Assembly: GCF_964204645.1 (NCBI RefSeq)
Contig: NW_027437455.1
Span: forward strand, 1-64,000
DNA from: Tubulanus polymorphus
Taxonomy: Eukaryota; Animalia; Nemertea
Direction: 5' to 3'
DNA: 64,000 nucleotides
Shown here: piece by piece, positions 14,075-26,300 of the stretch
Layout of the letters: each line of letters opens with the position of its first letter
Numbering within the stretch: the first letter of the stretch is position 1
Position numbers and translations under genes: made by a program
Notes under the pieces: generated by a model
Told to the model about the DNA's origin: nothing
The model's database searches: none
What the model saw: only the letters and a program-made list of their open reading frames with translations

Positions 14075-14400
14075 TCGTACAAACGTGTCAATTATACTTC
14101 TAAACACTTTATTTGCGGACCAGTTTATGAATTGAACGTGGGCCATAGAGCGATATATCCGCCTATGATCTCAACTTTCAATTTATTACGTAAGCTATTC
14201 GTGAACAAAATGCGGTCGGCGCACAATAGAAACTTCGCTCTATTTATTCTTTCATTACCGCCGACAAAGAGGACCGATATTTCGCAAATTGGATTCGGGA
14301 GGTTTAAACCTCCCAAGGTCAAATCACTAAAATTGTGACCTTCGTGGAGATTATCTAAAAAGCCGATGGTAATCAAATTTAGCATAACTTTTACCCAAAC
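14069..14400 (+). repeat. Left arm of a diverged ~330-bp inverted repeat bounding the unique island
   Basis: GTAAAATCGTACAAACGTGTCA (14069-14090) is the exact reverse complement of 20236-20257. Similarity continues inward through blocks such as TGATCTCAACTTTCAATT, GGCGCACAATAGAAA and AATTGGATTCGGGAGGTTTAAACCTCCCAAG. Inner boundary approximate. Confidence 0.9.
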
Positions 14401-14459
14401 GTTCAATGGCATTCCTAAGTATTTGATGAAAGTTGAGAAATCATAAGATATTCATATAA

Positions 14460-14498
14460 CCATGGACTCTAAAACCTAAATCGTATAAGAGTCTCTGA
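14460..14498. repeat. Ultra-short hairpin insertion with 5-bp direct repeat TATAA
   Basis: TATAA|CCATGGACTCT...AGAGTCTCTGA|TATAA; same terminus as 16274-16322. Confidence 0.55.
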
Positions 14499-15002
14499 TA
14501 TAAAAAAAAACTTCGCATAACGAAGAAGCAAAAATTCGAATCTGATTCATCTGTTTGGAATTGATTCTTATGAAATGGAAACAAATGCGTGAGCACCTAC
14601 TCATTCATTCAATTAACTTTGCGGCTTTACAACGGCTATTTCACTGGTTCTGCGTGATGAGATAATTCTGATTAAAGTTATTGTAATAATTTCTATATGT
14701 ATATACGTAATGATACTCTTTCTGAATAAAGGATGCACGTTATTCGAATCCCCACCATTGTTCTCTACAATGTACGTTAATCAAACTCACGATAAAACCA
14801 GATCCAAAACCATGGACTCAAAAACAAAGAATCCGTGGTCAAACATACAATTCTAATTTCCCCGTTAGTTCACTGATGCCGCCATCGAATGCAAGGATTC
14901 TAGCCAATCAGAGAGGCGCATGTACACATCCATTGGCATGTTAGTTATAGTACAACTTAGACAATAATCAAGGTTCGAGCCAATGAACTAGAATATGTTC
15001 TT

Positions 15003-15031
15003 TCAGGGAAGTGTTCATCACACTTCCCTGG
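15003..15031. repeat. Ultra-short hairpin insertion with 5-bp direct repeat TTCTT
   Basis: TTCTT|TCAGGGAAGTG ttcatca CACTTCCCTGG|TTCTT; 10-bp perfect stem. Confidence 0.55.
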
Positions 15032-16273
15032 TTCTTTCAACTAACTAGAATATGTTCTTTCATCGAATACAAATAACTCAGTAGTAGTCAGTTAGTTGAG
15101 TTTGTTTGACTTGATTTGTATTTCATCAATCAATCTATTTCATTTTATTTTAAAGTACAAACTAAACGCTTGAATTGCTTATAACACGACCAGGTATGAA
15201 TTAGAATAGATCGGCTTAATATTTCGAATGCAAATTTGGCGTTTAAGCAATCGGAAATTCGAAGTGCTTGAGAAATTTTTCAATACGCACATTACTTCGA
15301 ATAGCGATAAGTTCATTGACACATGTGACCATTGTTTTGTTACTTTCGATAGCGAGTCGAATAAGCTATGGGACAGCTAACGACAGCACAATCGCAATAT
15401 CAACAGAAGTTCATTTTATCCTACATGATGAGGCTAAATTCAGTGAAATCGATCGTGTTCTGAAATATATATTTTCCTGGATACATGTTGTTCATTGTAG
15501 CTATTCTATGCGGTTTTACATTAACCTGCTATAACATATTGACCGTTTTCAAGAACCCAAAAATTACAATTTGCTGGGAATCTGTTTTTTTTCAAAAACA
15601 ACCCAAACCCGAAATTGTGTACAGTTAGTACGCAGCGTATATAATGTCGGATTAGAGAATATTGAAAAAACTTTAAAAAAAGTTGAGTGAAGGGAAATAA
15701 GCTCAGCAGTGACAAATTGTCATTTCTACCCTTCACGTGATTAATTGATGTCCAAATATGTTCTACCGTGAAAACTCTGCATTTAGCATCAAACGAATTT
15801 TTGTATACGTATCTCAGGATGCATGCTCTTCAAAAAGGTAGCCTATTAGGAAAAAACTTACCCGGTAAAATCCTAATTTGTCCTAAACGATATTCCAACT
15901 ATTATTTTGTTAATTATTCAACTATCATCACTAACTGGGTAAGTTAGTTGAACTTACATAAAGATATATCATTAGGGACACTTCAATTTCACACCATTCA
16001 ATATCATAAGGGAACAAAATTCTTTGAAACTTGGTTAATGGTAGTTCTTAAGACTAGGTTTTGTTTCCGGAATTTACTAAATGTACCAATTCTAATAATT
16101 CACTCATTGAAGCTTCTATACATTAGAAGCGAAAGCTCGTGCGTCGAAATAAATAGTTAACCTTTAAAGTACTACTTGTCTCTTCATTTAAATTCAAAAT
16201 ATAAGTCTTTATTGATTCTTTTTTGTTGGAATATGCATAACTTTGTCTGGGCAAATTTCTATATTCTGTCAAG

Positions 16274-16322
16274 TCATGGACTCTAAAACGATTTAGACAT
16301 TAAAGCGTTTTAGAGTCCATGG
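16274..16322. repeat. Ultra-short hairpin insertion (16-bp perfect stem) with 5-bp direct repeat TCAAG
   Basis: TCAAG|TCATGGACTCTAAAACG...CGTTTTAGAGTCCATGG|TCAAG. Confidence 0.7.
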
Positions 16323-19300
16323 TCAAGGTATTTTGGCTATAACGAATATAACTAACTCCCTGGGGCAACGATGTGGCTGATGAAATGATCTCTCCCATTG
16401 TAATCCCACCATTTAATTACTCATTGTATAACAACTCTCACAATTAAGCCTCGGACTCTTAAACGAATTATGAGTGCATGCTTTAGTATAGGCTCTGATA
16501 TAGAGCATATTGTCTTGATTTAGAACATGTATGCATAAACTCTAGGCTGCAAAGAAATACGTTTTCAGCGGCTCTAATCGAGTTAAATCTTTCGTGATAG
16601 ATTAACACAGAGAGGCGGCACCCAATCGCTGCTTATTGACATTAGGCACAAGCCACTGTTATGTTCATTAGTAAAACTAATATAGAATGAATAAGTGAGG
16701 AGGGAAAATGTATAAATTAAATTTATAAATGAATTTATAAGAATTTAGCATGCATCGGAGTGCACTTAAATTGGATTATTACAAAATAACTCACTTCAAA
16801 ATTTATGATATTGTTTCATTCATATTTATTACTTTAAAGCAATTCACTTTAAGAACTTTGGTCAACAATAAGTCTGACCTGCAAATCAAATCATCGGGAG
16901 ACCAAATATTGTTTCAAAAAATTATATTGCTAATACATTCCTTAACTTAACCTTTCGCCATAAACCTACTGGATTTAGGGCCTGGGGCATTTTAGATGGT
17001 TGTAGGTAAAAATCCCCTAGGTAAAATCCTCACTTGGCGATTTTTCAAGAACATTTGAAAGCACGATATTTATTCAAACATATTCATCCACAATACAACT
17101 GCAATATATTTAACTGTGCATTGATCTCTTTTGTTGAAATAAATCTTTAAATAAATTCATAGAATAAATGAAATTAATGAACTTTTTATTCATACTATCT
17201 TTTCATAATTTTATTCATACTATCTTTTAATTCGAACTAAATAACTCTTTTTAACTTGTGGTATAGTATGCTTATGATATGGATTCGATTTACGTATCAA
17301 TATTTTCATGTTGACGGGAGCCTGATGATGGCTAATAGCATTAGCCGAAACATTGCTCGTAGAAGATTTTTTGCTGAATTCATTGTGGGATTTGTCTCGT
17401 TATTCACCATACATGGATATTGTGTATTTACTTCTCATTTTCATGTTGGTTTTGAACAACTTAAATTTTGCGATTCTAGTACCTTATTGACTTTAGATGA
17501 CAGTAATACCTTCAATTTACATGTAAAATATGATCACCGCTGAAAGTGTAATAAGGAATATATATTTACTCCAGTGACAATATTTTGATTCTAAGATTTA
17601 ATTCAATCATCTAGTCCGAGTCTGTATGGTAAAACTTCTGGCTAACCAAGAGCTAACCGAATACCGACAATAGAAGGTGGTCGCTTAAAAATTAGTTAAT
17701 TTACGCAACAGGAATCTATCTTGATTTCAAGGGCACTTCAATTAATCGTTTCAATAGTGACCACTGTAAATTAGCTAGTAGTTTAAATGACCGAATTCAA
17801 TCAACCGATTCGTATCCTAAGAATGAGAATTGTATCTAACCACAGTAGTTATTCCTCATCAAACGTTCGGTCATCATATTATACATCTATACATCATTAC
17901 TATCATCTTTAGTTAACAGAAGTGCAATTAAATCTAGAATCTATGAGTTGAGTTTTTTTAGACATAATAAATTGTGTTGATTTTATGTTAGTTAAATCAA
18001 ATATTGGGAATATTTTACCGGGGGATTTTTACTTTGGGGATAATAAGCTAAATTATTTTATATCATCGGTTTTCATTAAGAAAAATTAAAAAAAATTAAT
18101 CTTAACTACACTTATATTCCTTTTGGAGCATTAAGATTCTTTCATTGAATTAAATATGTTATTTCGTACAATAGTTCATCACAGTGCGTCATTCACGCTT
18201 AAATGTACAAAACTTCTTTACAGAGTTCAAAATATAAACCAACAATCTCATCTCAAGCATGTACTAGCGATGACGCTATGGGATAAAACCAAGTCTCGAT
18301 TCATTGCCTAAAACGTGGGTACATTCATTCAAATCAGGACTAAAATACGCTTATATGAATATCTTGCATGATATCATTTTACATTACGGGTGTCTCATAG
18401 GCCTGGTTTTACTTGTACATTGTCATCAATTGATTAAACATCCCAAGTAACTTCTTTATTTACTTATGGCTTAATCACTGGTATTCAATAGCTAGTCGGC
18501 TATAGAAAGACTAACCCGATAAAATTCCATTAACCGTTCGTCCAGAGTCGAACACTGTTCGCGCGTTAATTCGCAACGATTTTAAAGAAAGAAAATGATT
18601 GCATGAAATCTACTTTTCGTATCAATCGGCGTCCAATCTCTTAAATCATCCTAAACACAGTAGTGTAGTAGTTTGTGTCTATTTGCTTTTGCTGATGTCA
18701 TTTAACATAACAATGGAAATGTATTCGTTTATTTGGAAATTATATGAAGAAATGGAGTAATCATGTGACAAATCAAATTATTACTGCAAGGCAAAACATA
18801 GCGCACTTCAGATATATGATATGGTCTTAAAGACTTTTCATATATTAACAGTCCAGTTTAACGTCTATTGATATGAATAGTCCAGTTTTGATATGACTGT
18901 CGCAACAGTTGGAATAAAACCTATGAAATCTAGGGGCATTTATCTCATGAAATTTAGATTTGAGATAATTGTATTGTATTGTATGAGGATTAAACATTTC
19001 AATGGCTGGTGATTATTTGTGATAAAGTAATCAGTGAGATGGACTGTTGATGTAGCCTTGATTGAGGCACTCGGGTCAGATAATATTTTTAGATAAAAAA
19101 GTGCATTTGTTAAAGCAGAACACATGATTTTAAACTAAATATAAGTAGCTAAACCGTTAATTTTCATTCCTAATTTTCATCACTCCCGATTATCAAAAAT
19201 AATTCAACAGTTTGATTAACGGATAGTTGCAGTTAACAACATTTCTATCTGATAGAGAAGGTATACAGGTATACAGAGGAACAAGAAAAGAACATCCAAC

Positions 19301-19639
19301 TAGACACTGGAAAATCTTTATTCGGGTTTTTTACCGGGAGCCTTTACCTTGGGGTATATTTAACTAGGGGATTTTTACTGAAAGGGACCTTTACGGGGCG
19401 AGTTTTTACCCGATCACATCGATTATTGAATGACATGTTCGATAAAATCATGACAAAAACTGGTATCACTGGTTCAATTTGCTAATTTTCGCTATTCGGG
19501 TGGTTCTGTAGATTATTGGCTATACCGTTGGTAACTGACTAGCTATTTGTATCACTGATCGGACTGTGAAAATATAGCTTTGACAAAACCACAACGAGAA
19601 ATGAATCACATGCAATATTTTACTCGAAAACGAGCTTAA

Positions 19640-19674
19640 CCATGGAATCAGTAACGTATTTTCACAGTCCATGG
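19640..19674. repeat. Degenerate CCATGG...CCATGG hairpin insertion
   Basis: CTTAA|CCATGGA...GTCCATGG|CTGAA (4/5 flank match). Confidence 0.4.
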
Positions 19675-19924
19675 CTGAAATGACGCTGTTGAAAAAATCA
19701 ATGAGAAATACTGCCTCCGATTTTTATGACGAAAATATAGGAATAAATTCCGAACAGAATCAAATCAGGTTGTTCTTATTGGTATTGTGTATACATTTCA
19801 TTTATTAGATATTTCAAGTAATTCGTGTAATTAGGATCCAATAATGGGTTTTTCTTTCGGTTTTACGTAATTTACAACTTACCAAATATGGACTACATGG
19901 TTTGACATTAAAACCAGTGAGCTT

Positions 19925-20261
19925 TATGGTATCAAGTTCAACCAAAATTGATAACGATCGGCCTTTCGTAGAATCTCCCTGAAGGTCACAATTTTAGTAA
20001 ATTGAACTTGGGAGGTTTAAACCTCCCGAATCCAATTAGCAAAATATCGGTCCTCTATGTCGGCGACAATAAAAGTACCATGCGCGTAACTTTCTATTGT
20101 GCGCCTGCCGCGTTTTGGGCACGAGTAGCTCACGTAATCTTAATTGAAAGTTGAGATCACAGGCATATATTGAGGTCTATGGCCCACACATAACATCATA
20201 AATTGGTCAGGAAATAAATTGTTTTGTGGTATAGATGACACGTTTGTACGATTTTACACTG
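19925..20261 (-). repeat. Right arm of the diverged inverted repeat
   Basis: Reverse complement aligns by eye with 14069-14400. Contains the same 18-bp perfect palindrome GGGAGGTTTAAACCTCCC (20010-20027; left copy 14297-14314). Ends ...TTTTACACTG|TA. Confidence 0.9.
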
Positions 20262-20348
20262 TAAATTTATCATTTTTTAGGACTTAAGGACCAAATATCG
20301 GCAATATTTTTGATACAAACTGAGAAAGTATCAAAACATTTGAGAACG

Positions 20349-23300
20349 CGTTTTTTCCGATAGAGGGAATATTTGATACGAAAACGTCTTTTCTCGCGCT
20401 GAACGACGTTTTCGCGTCGAAAAGTGCTTTTCCTGACGATTTGAGCGCTTTTACGCATCGACATTGTCGTTTTTCCGATAGGGGGAATATTTGATACGAA
20501 AACGTCTTTTCTCGCGCTCAACGACGTTTTCGCGTCGAAAAGTGCTTTTCCTGACGATTTGAGCGCTTTTTACGCATCGACATTGTCGTTTTTCCGATAG
20601 GGGGAATATTTGATACGAAAACGTTTTTTCTCGCGCTGAACGACGTTTTCGGGTCGAAAAGTGCTTTTCCTGACGATTTGAGCGCTTTTACGCATCGAAA
20701 TTTTCGTTTTTCCGATAGGGGGAATATTTGATACGAAAACGTCTTTTCTCGCGCTGAACGACGTTTTCGGGTCGAAAAGTGCCTTTCCTGGCGATTTGAG
20801 CGCTTTTACGCATCGACATATTCATTTTTCCGATAGGGGGAATATTTGATACGAAAACGTCTTTTCTTGCGCTGAACGACGTTTTCGGGTCGAAAAGTGC
20901 TTTTCCTGACGATTTGAGCGCTTTTACGCATCGACATTTTCGTTTTTCCGATAGGGGGAATATTTGATACGAAAACGTCTTTTCTCGCGCTGAACGACGT
21001 TTTCGGGTCGAAAAGTGCCTTTCCTGGCGATTTGAGCGCTTTTACGCATCGACATATTCATTTTTCCGATAGGGGGAATATTTGATACGAAAACGTCTTT
21101 TCTCGCGCTGAACGACGTTTTCGGGTCGAAAAGTGCTTTTCCTGACGATTTGAGCCCTTTTACGCATCGACATTTTCGTTTTTCCGATAGGGGGAATATT
21201 TGATATGAAAACGTCTTTTCTCGCGCTGAACGACGTTTTCGCGTCGAAAAGTCCTTTTCCTGACGATTTGAGCGCTTTTACGCATCGACATTGTCGTTTT
21301 TTCCGATAGGGGGAATATTTATACGAAAACGTCTTTTCTCGCGCTGAACGACGTTTTCGCGTCGAAAAGTGCTTTTCCTGACGATTTGAGCGCTTTTACG
21401 CATCGACATTTTCGTTTTTCCGATAGGGGGAATATTTGATACGAAAACGTTTTTTCTCGCGCTGAACGACGTTTTCGCGTCGAAAAGTGCTTTTCCTGAC
21501 GATTTGAGCGCTTTTACGCATCGACATTGTCGTTTTTCCGATAAGGGGAATATTCGATACGAAAACGGCTTTTCTCGCGCTGAACGAGGTTTTCGGGTCG
21601 AAAAGTGCTTTTCCTGACGATTTGAGCCCTTTTACGCATCGACATTTTCGTTTTTCCGATAGAGGGAATATTTGATACGAAAACGACTTTTCTCGCGCAG
21701 AACGACGTTTTCGCGTCGAAAAGTGCTTTTCCTGACGATTTGAGCGCTTTTACGCATCGACATTTTCGTTTTTCCGATAGGGGGAATATTTGATACGAAA
21801 ACGTCTTTTCTCGCGCTGAACGACGTTTTCGGGTCGAAAAGTGCTTTTCCTGACGATTTGAGCGCTTTTACGCATCGACATTTTCGTTTTTCCGATAGGG
21901 GGAATATTTGATACGAAAACGTCTTTTCTCGCTCTGAACGACGTTTTCGGGTCGAAAAGTGCTCTTCCTGACGATTTGAGCCCTTTTACGCATCGACATT
22001 TTCGTTTTTCCGATAGGGGGAATATTTGATACGAAAATGTCTTTTCTCGCGCTGAACGACGTTTTCGCGTCGAAAAGTGCTTTTCCTGACGATTTGAGCG
22101 CTTTATACGCATCGACATTGTCGTTTTTCCGATAGGGGGAATATTCGATACGAAAACGTCTTTTCTCGCGCTGAACGAGGTTTTCGGGTCGAAAAGTGCT
22201 TTTCCGAAAGATTTGAGCCCTTTTACGCATCGACATTTTCGTTTTTCCGATAGAGGGAATATTTGATACGAAAACGTCTTTTCTCGCGCTGAACGACGTT
22301 TTCGGGTCGAAAAGTGCTTTTCCTGACGATTTGAGCGCTTTTACGCATCGACATTGTCGTTTTTCCGATAGAGGAATATTTGATACGAAAACGTCTTTTC
22401 TCGCGCTCAACGACGTTTTCGCGTCGAAAAGTGCTTTTCCTGACGATTTGAGCGCTTTTACGCATCGACATTGTCGTTTTTCCGATAGGGGGAATATTCG
22501 ATACGAAAACGTCTTTTCTCGCGCTGAACGAGGTTTTCGGGTCGAAAAGTGCTTTTCCGAAAGATTTGAGCCCTTTTACGCATCGACATATTCGTTATTC
22601 CGATAGGGGGAATATTTGATACGAAAACGTCTTTTCTCGCGCTGAACGACGTTTTCGGGTCGAAAAGTGCTTTTCCTGACGATTTGAGCGCTTTTACGCA
22701 TCGACATTTTCGTTTTTCCGATAGGGGGAATATTTGATACGAAAACGTCTTTTCTCGCGCTAAACGACGTTTTCGGGTCGAAAAGTGCTCTTCCTGACGA
22801 TTTGAGCCCTTTTACGCATCGACATTTTCGTTTTTCCGATAGTAGGAATATTTGATACGAAAACGTCATTTCTCGCGCTGAACGACGTCTTCGCGTCGAA
22901 AAGTGCTTTTCCTGACGATTTGAGCGATTTTAAGCATCGACATTTTCGTTTTTCCGATAGGGGGAATATTTGATACGAAAACGTCTTTTCTCGCGCTGAA
23001 CGACGTTTTCGGGTCGAAAGTGCTTTTCCTGACGATTTGAGCGCTTTTACGCATCGACATTGTCGATTTTCCGATAGGGGGAATATTTGAAACGAAAACG
23101 TCTTTTCTCGTGCTGAACGAGGTTTTCGGGTCGAAAAGTGCTTTTCCTGAAGATTTGAGCCCTTTCACGCATCGACATTTTCGTTTTTCCGATAGGGGGA
23201 ATATTTGATACGAAAACGTCTTTTCTCGCGCTGAACGACGTTTTCGCGTCGAAAAGTGCTTTTCCTGACGATTTGAGCGCTTTTACGCATCGACATCGTC

Positions 23301-26300
23301 GTTTTTCCGATAGGTTGAATATTTGATACGAAAACGTCTTTTCTCGCGCTGAACGACGTTTTCGCGTCGAAAAGTGCTTTTCCTGACGATTTGAGCGCTT
23401 TTACGCATCGACATTGTCGTTTTTCCGATAGGGGGAATATTTGATACGAAAACGTCTTTTCTCGCGCTCAACGACGTTTTCGCGTCGAAAAGTGCTTTTC
23501 CTGACGATTTGAGCGCTTTTTACGCATCGACATTGTCGTTTTTCCGATAGGGGGAATATTCGATACGAAAACGCCTTTTCTAGCGCTCAACGACGTTTTC
23601 GCGTCGAAAAGTGCTTTTCCTGACGATTTGAGGGCTTTTACGCATCGACATTGTCGTTTTTCCGATAGGGGGAATATTTGATACGAAAACGTTTTTTCTC
23701 GCGCTGAACGACGTTTTCGGGTCGAAAAGTGCTTTTCCTGACGATTTGAGCGCTTTTACGCATCGACCTTTTCGTTTTTCCGATAGGGGGAATATTTGAT
23801 ACGAAAACGTCTTTTCTCGCGCTGAACGACGTTTTCGGGTCGAAAAGTGCTTTTCCTGACGATTTGAGCGCTTTTACGCATCGACATTTTCGTTTTTCCG
23901 ATAGGGGGAATATTTGGTACGAAAACGTCTTTTCTCGCGCTGAACGACGTTTTCGGGTCGAAAAGTGCTTTTCCTGACGATTTGAGCGCTTTTACGCATC
24001 GACATTTTCGTTTTTCCGATAGTGGAAATATTTGATACGAAAACGTCTTTTCTCGCGCTGAACGACGTTTTCAGGTCGAAAAGTGCTTTTCCTGGCGATT
24101 TGAGCGCTTTTACGCATCGACATTGTCGTTTTTCCGATAGTGGAAATATTTGATACGAAAACGTCTTTTCTCGCGCTGAACGAGGTTTTCGGGTCGAAAA
24201 GTGCTTTTCCTGACGATTTGAGCCCTTTTACGCATCGACATTTTCGTTTTTCCGATAGAGGGAATATTTGATACGAAAACGACTTTTCTCGCGCTGAACG
24301 ACGTTTTCGCGTCGAAAAGTGCTTTTCCTGACGATTTGAGCGCTTTTACGCATCGACATCGTCGTTTTTCCGATAGGTTGAATATTTGATACGAAAAACG
24401 TCTTTACTCGCGCAGAACGACGTTTTCGCGTCGAAAAGTCCTTTTCCTGACGATTTGAGCGCTTTTACGCATCGACATTTTCGTTTTTCCGATAGGGGGA
24501 ATATTTGATACGAAAACGTCTTTTCTCGCGCTGAACGACGTTTTCGCGTCGAAAGGTGCTTTTCCTGACGATTTGATCGCTTTTACGCATCGACATTGTC
24601 GTTTTTCCGATAGGGGGAATATTTGATACGAAAACGTCTTTTTTCGCGCTGAACGACGTTTTCGCGTCGAAAAGTGCTTTTCCTGACGATTTGAGCGCTT
24701 TTACGCATCGACATTGTCGTTTTTCCGATAGGGGGAATATTTGATACGAAAACGTCTTTTCTCGCGCTCAACGACGTTTTCGCGTCGAAAAGTGCTTTTC
24801 CTGACGATTTGAGCGCTTTTTACGCATCGACATTGTCGTTTTTCCGATAGGGGGAATATTCGATACGAAAACGTCTTTTCTCGCGCTGAACGAGGTTTTC
24901 GGGTCGAAAAGTGCTTTTCCGAAAGATTTGAGCCCTTTTACGCATCGACATTTTCGTTATTCCGATAGGGGGAATATTTGATACGAAAACGTCTTTTCTC
25001 GCGCTGAACGACGTTTTCGGGTCGAAAAGTGCTTTTCCTGACGATTTGAGCGCTTTTACGCATCGACATTGTCGTTTTTCCGATAGGGGGAATATTTGAT
25101 ACGAAAACGTCTTTTCTCGCTCTAAACGACGTTTTCGGGTCGAAAAGTGCTTTTCCTGACGATTTGAGCGCTTTTACGCATCGACATTGTCGTTTTTCCG
25201 ATAGGGGGAATATTTGATACGAAAACGTCTTTTCCCGCGCTGAACGACGTTTTCGGGTCGAAAAGTGCTTTTCCTGACGATTTGAGCGCTTTTACGCATC
25301 GACATTTTCGTTTTTCCGATAGGGGGAATATTTGATACGAAAACGTCTATTCCCGCGCTGAACGACGTTTTCGGGTCGAAAAGTGCTTTTCCTGACGATT
25401 TGAGCGCTTTTACGCATCGACATTGTCGTTTTTCCGATAGGGGGAATATTCGATACGAAAACGTCTTTTCTCGCGCTGAACGAGGTTTTCGGGTCGAAAA
25501 GTGCTTTTCCGAAAGATTTGAGCCCTTTTACGCATCGACATTTTCGTTTTTCCGATAGGGGGAATATTTGATACGAAAACGTTTTTTCTCGCGCTGAACG
25601 ACGTTTTCGCGTCGAAAAGTGCTTTTCCTGACGATTTGAGCGCTTTTACGCATCGACATTGTCGTTTTTCCGATAAGGGGAATATTCGATACGAAAACGG
25701 CTTTTCTCGCGCTGAACGAGGTTTTCGGGTCGAAAAGTGCTTTTCCTGACGATTTGAGCCCTTTTACGCATCGACATTTTCGTTTTTCCGATAGAGGGAA
25801 TATTTGATACGAAAACGACTTTTCTCGCGCAGAACGACGTTTTCGCGTCGAAAAGTGCTTTTCCTGACGATTTGAGCGCTTTTACGCATCGACATTTTCG
25901 TTTTTCCGATAGGGGGAATATTTGATACGAAAACGTCTTTTCTCGCGCTGAACGACGTTTTCGGGTCGAAAAGTGCTTTTCCTGACGATTTGAGCGCTTT
26001 TACGCATCGACATTTTCGTTTTTCCGATAGGGGGAATATTTGATACGAAAACGTCTTTTCTCGCTCTGAACGACGTTTTCGGGTCGAAAAGTGCTCTTCC
26101 TGACGATTTGAGCCCTTTTACGCATCGACATTTTCGTTTTTCCGATAGGGGGAATATTTGATACGAAAATGTCTTTTCTCGCGCTGAACGACGTTTTCGC
26201 GTCGAAAAGTGCTTTTCCTGACGATTTGAGCGCTTTATACGCATCGACATTGTCGTTTTTCCGATAGGGGGAATATTCGATACGAAAACGTCTTTTCTCG

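Larger units (their letters stand above)
14069..20261. mobile_element. Possible old non-autonomous TIR DNA transposon (Tc1/mariner-like end), or two inverted copies of a dispersed repeat enclosing unique DNA
   Basis: Long diverged inverted repeats at both ends. The right end reads 5'-TA|CAGTGTAAAATCG on the - strand (TA + CAGTG is the Tc1-type terminus). The left terminal 4 nt are replaced by satellite. No transposase ORF visible. Confidence 0.4.

Noticed and set aside
14125-19125. Short ORFs in the island (14125, 15268, 15521, 15948, 16750, 17256, 18940)
   Set aside because: Under 100 aa, several with non-ATG starts, no recognisable domain or transposase motif; small exons cannot be excluded.
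20262-20348. TTTTGATAC...GTATCAAAA hairpin as an ancestral satellite seed
   Set aside because: Only an 8-9-bp match to the monomer in AT-rich sequence; not distinguishable from chance.
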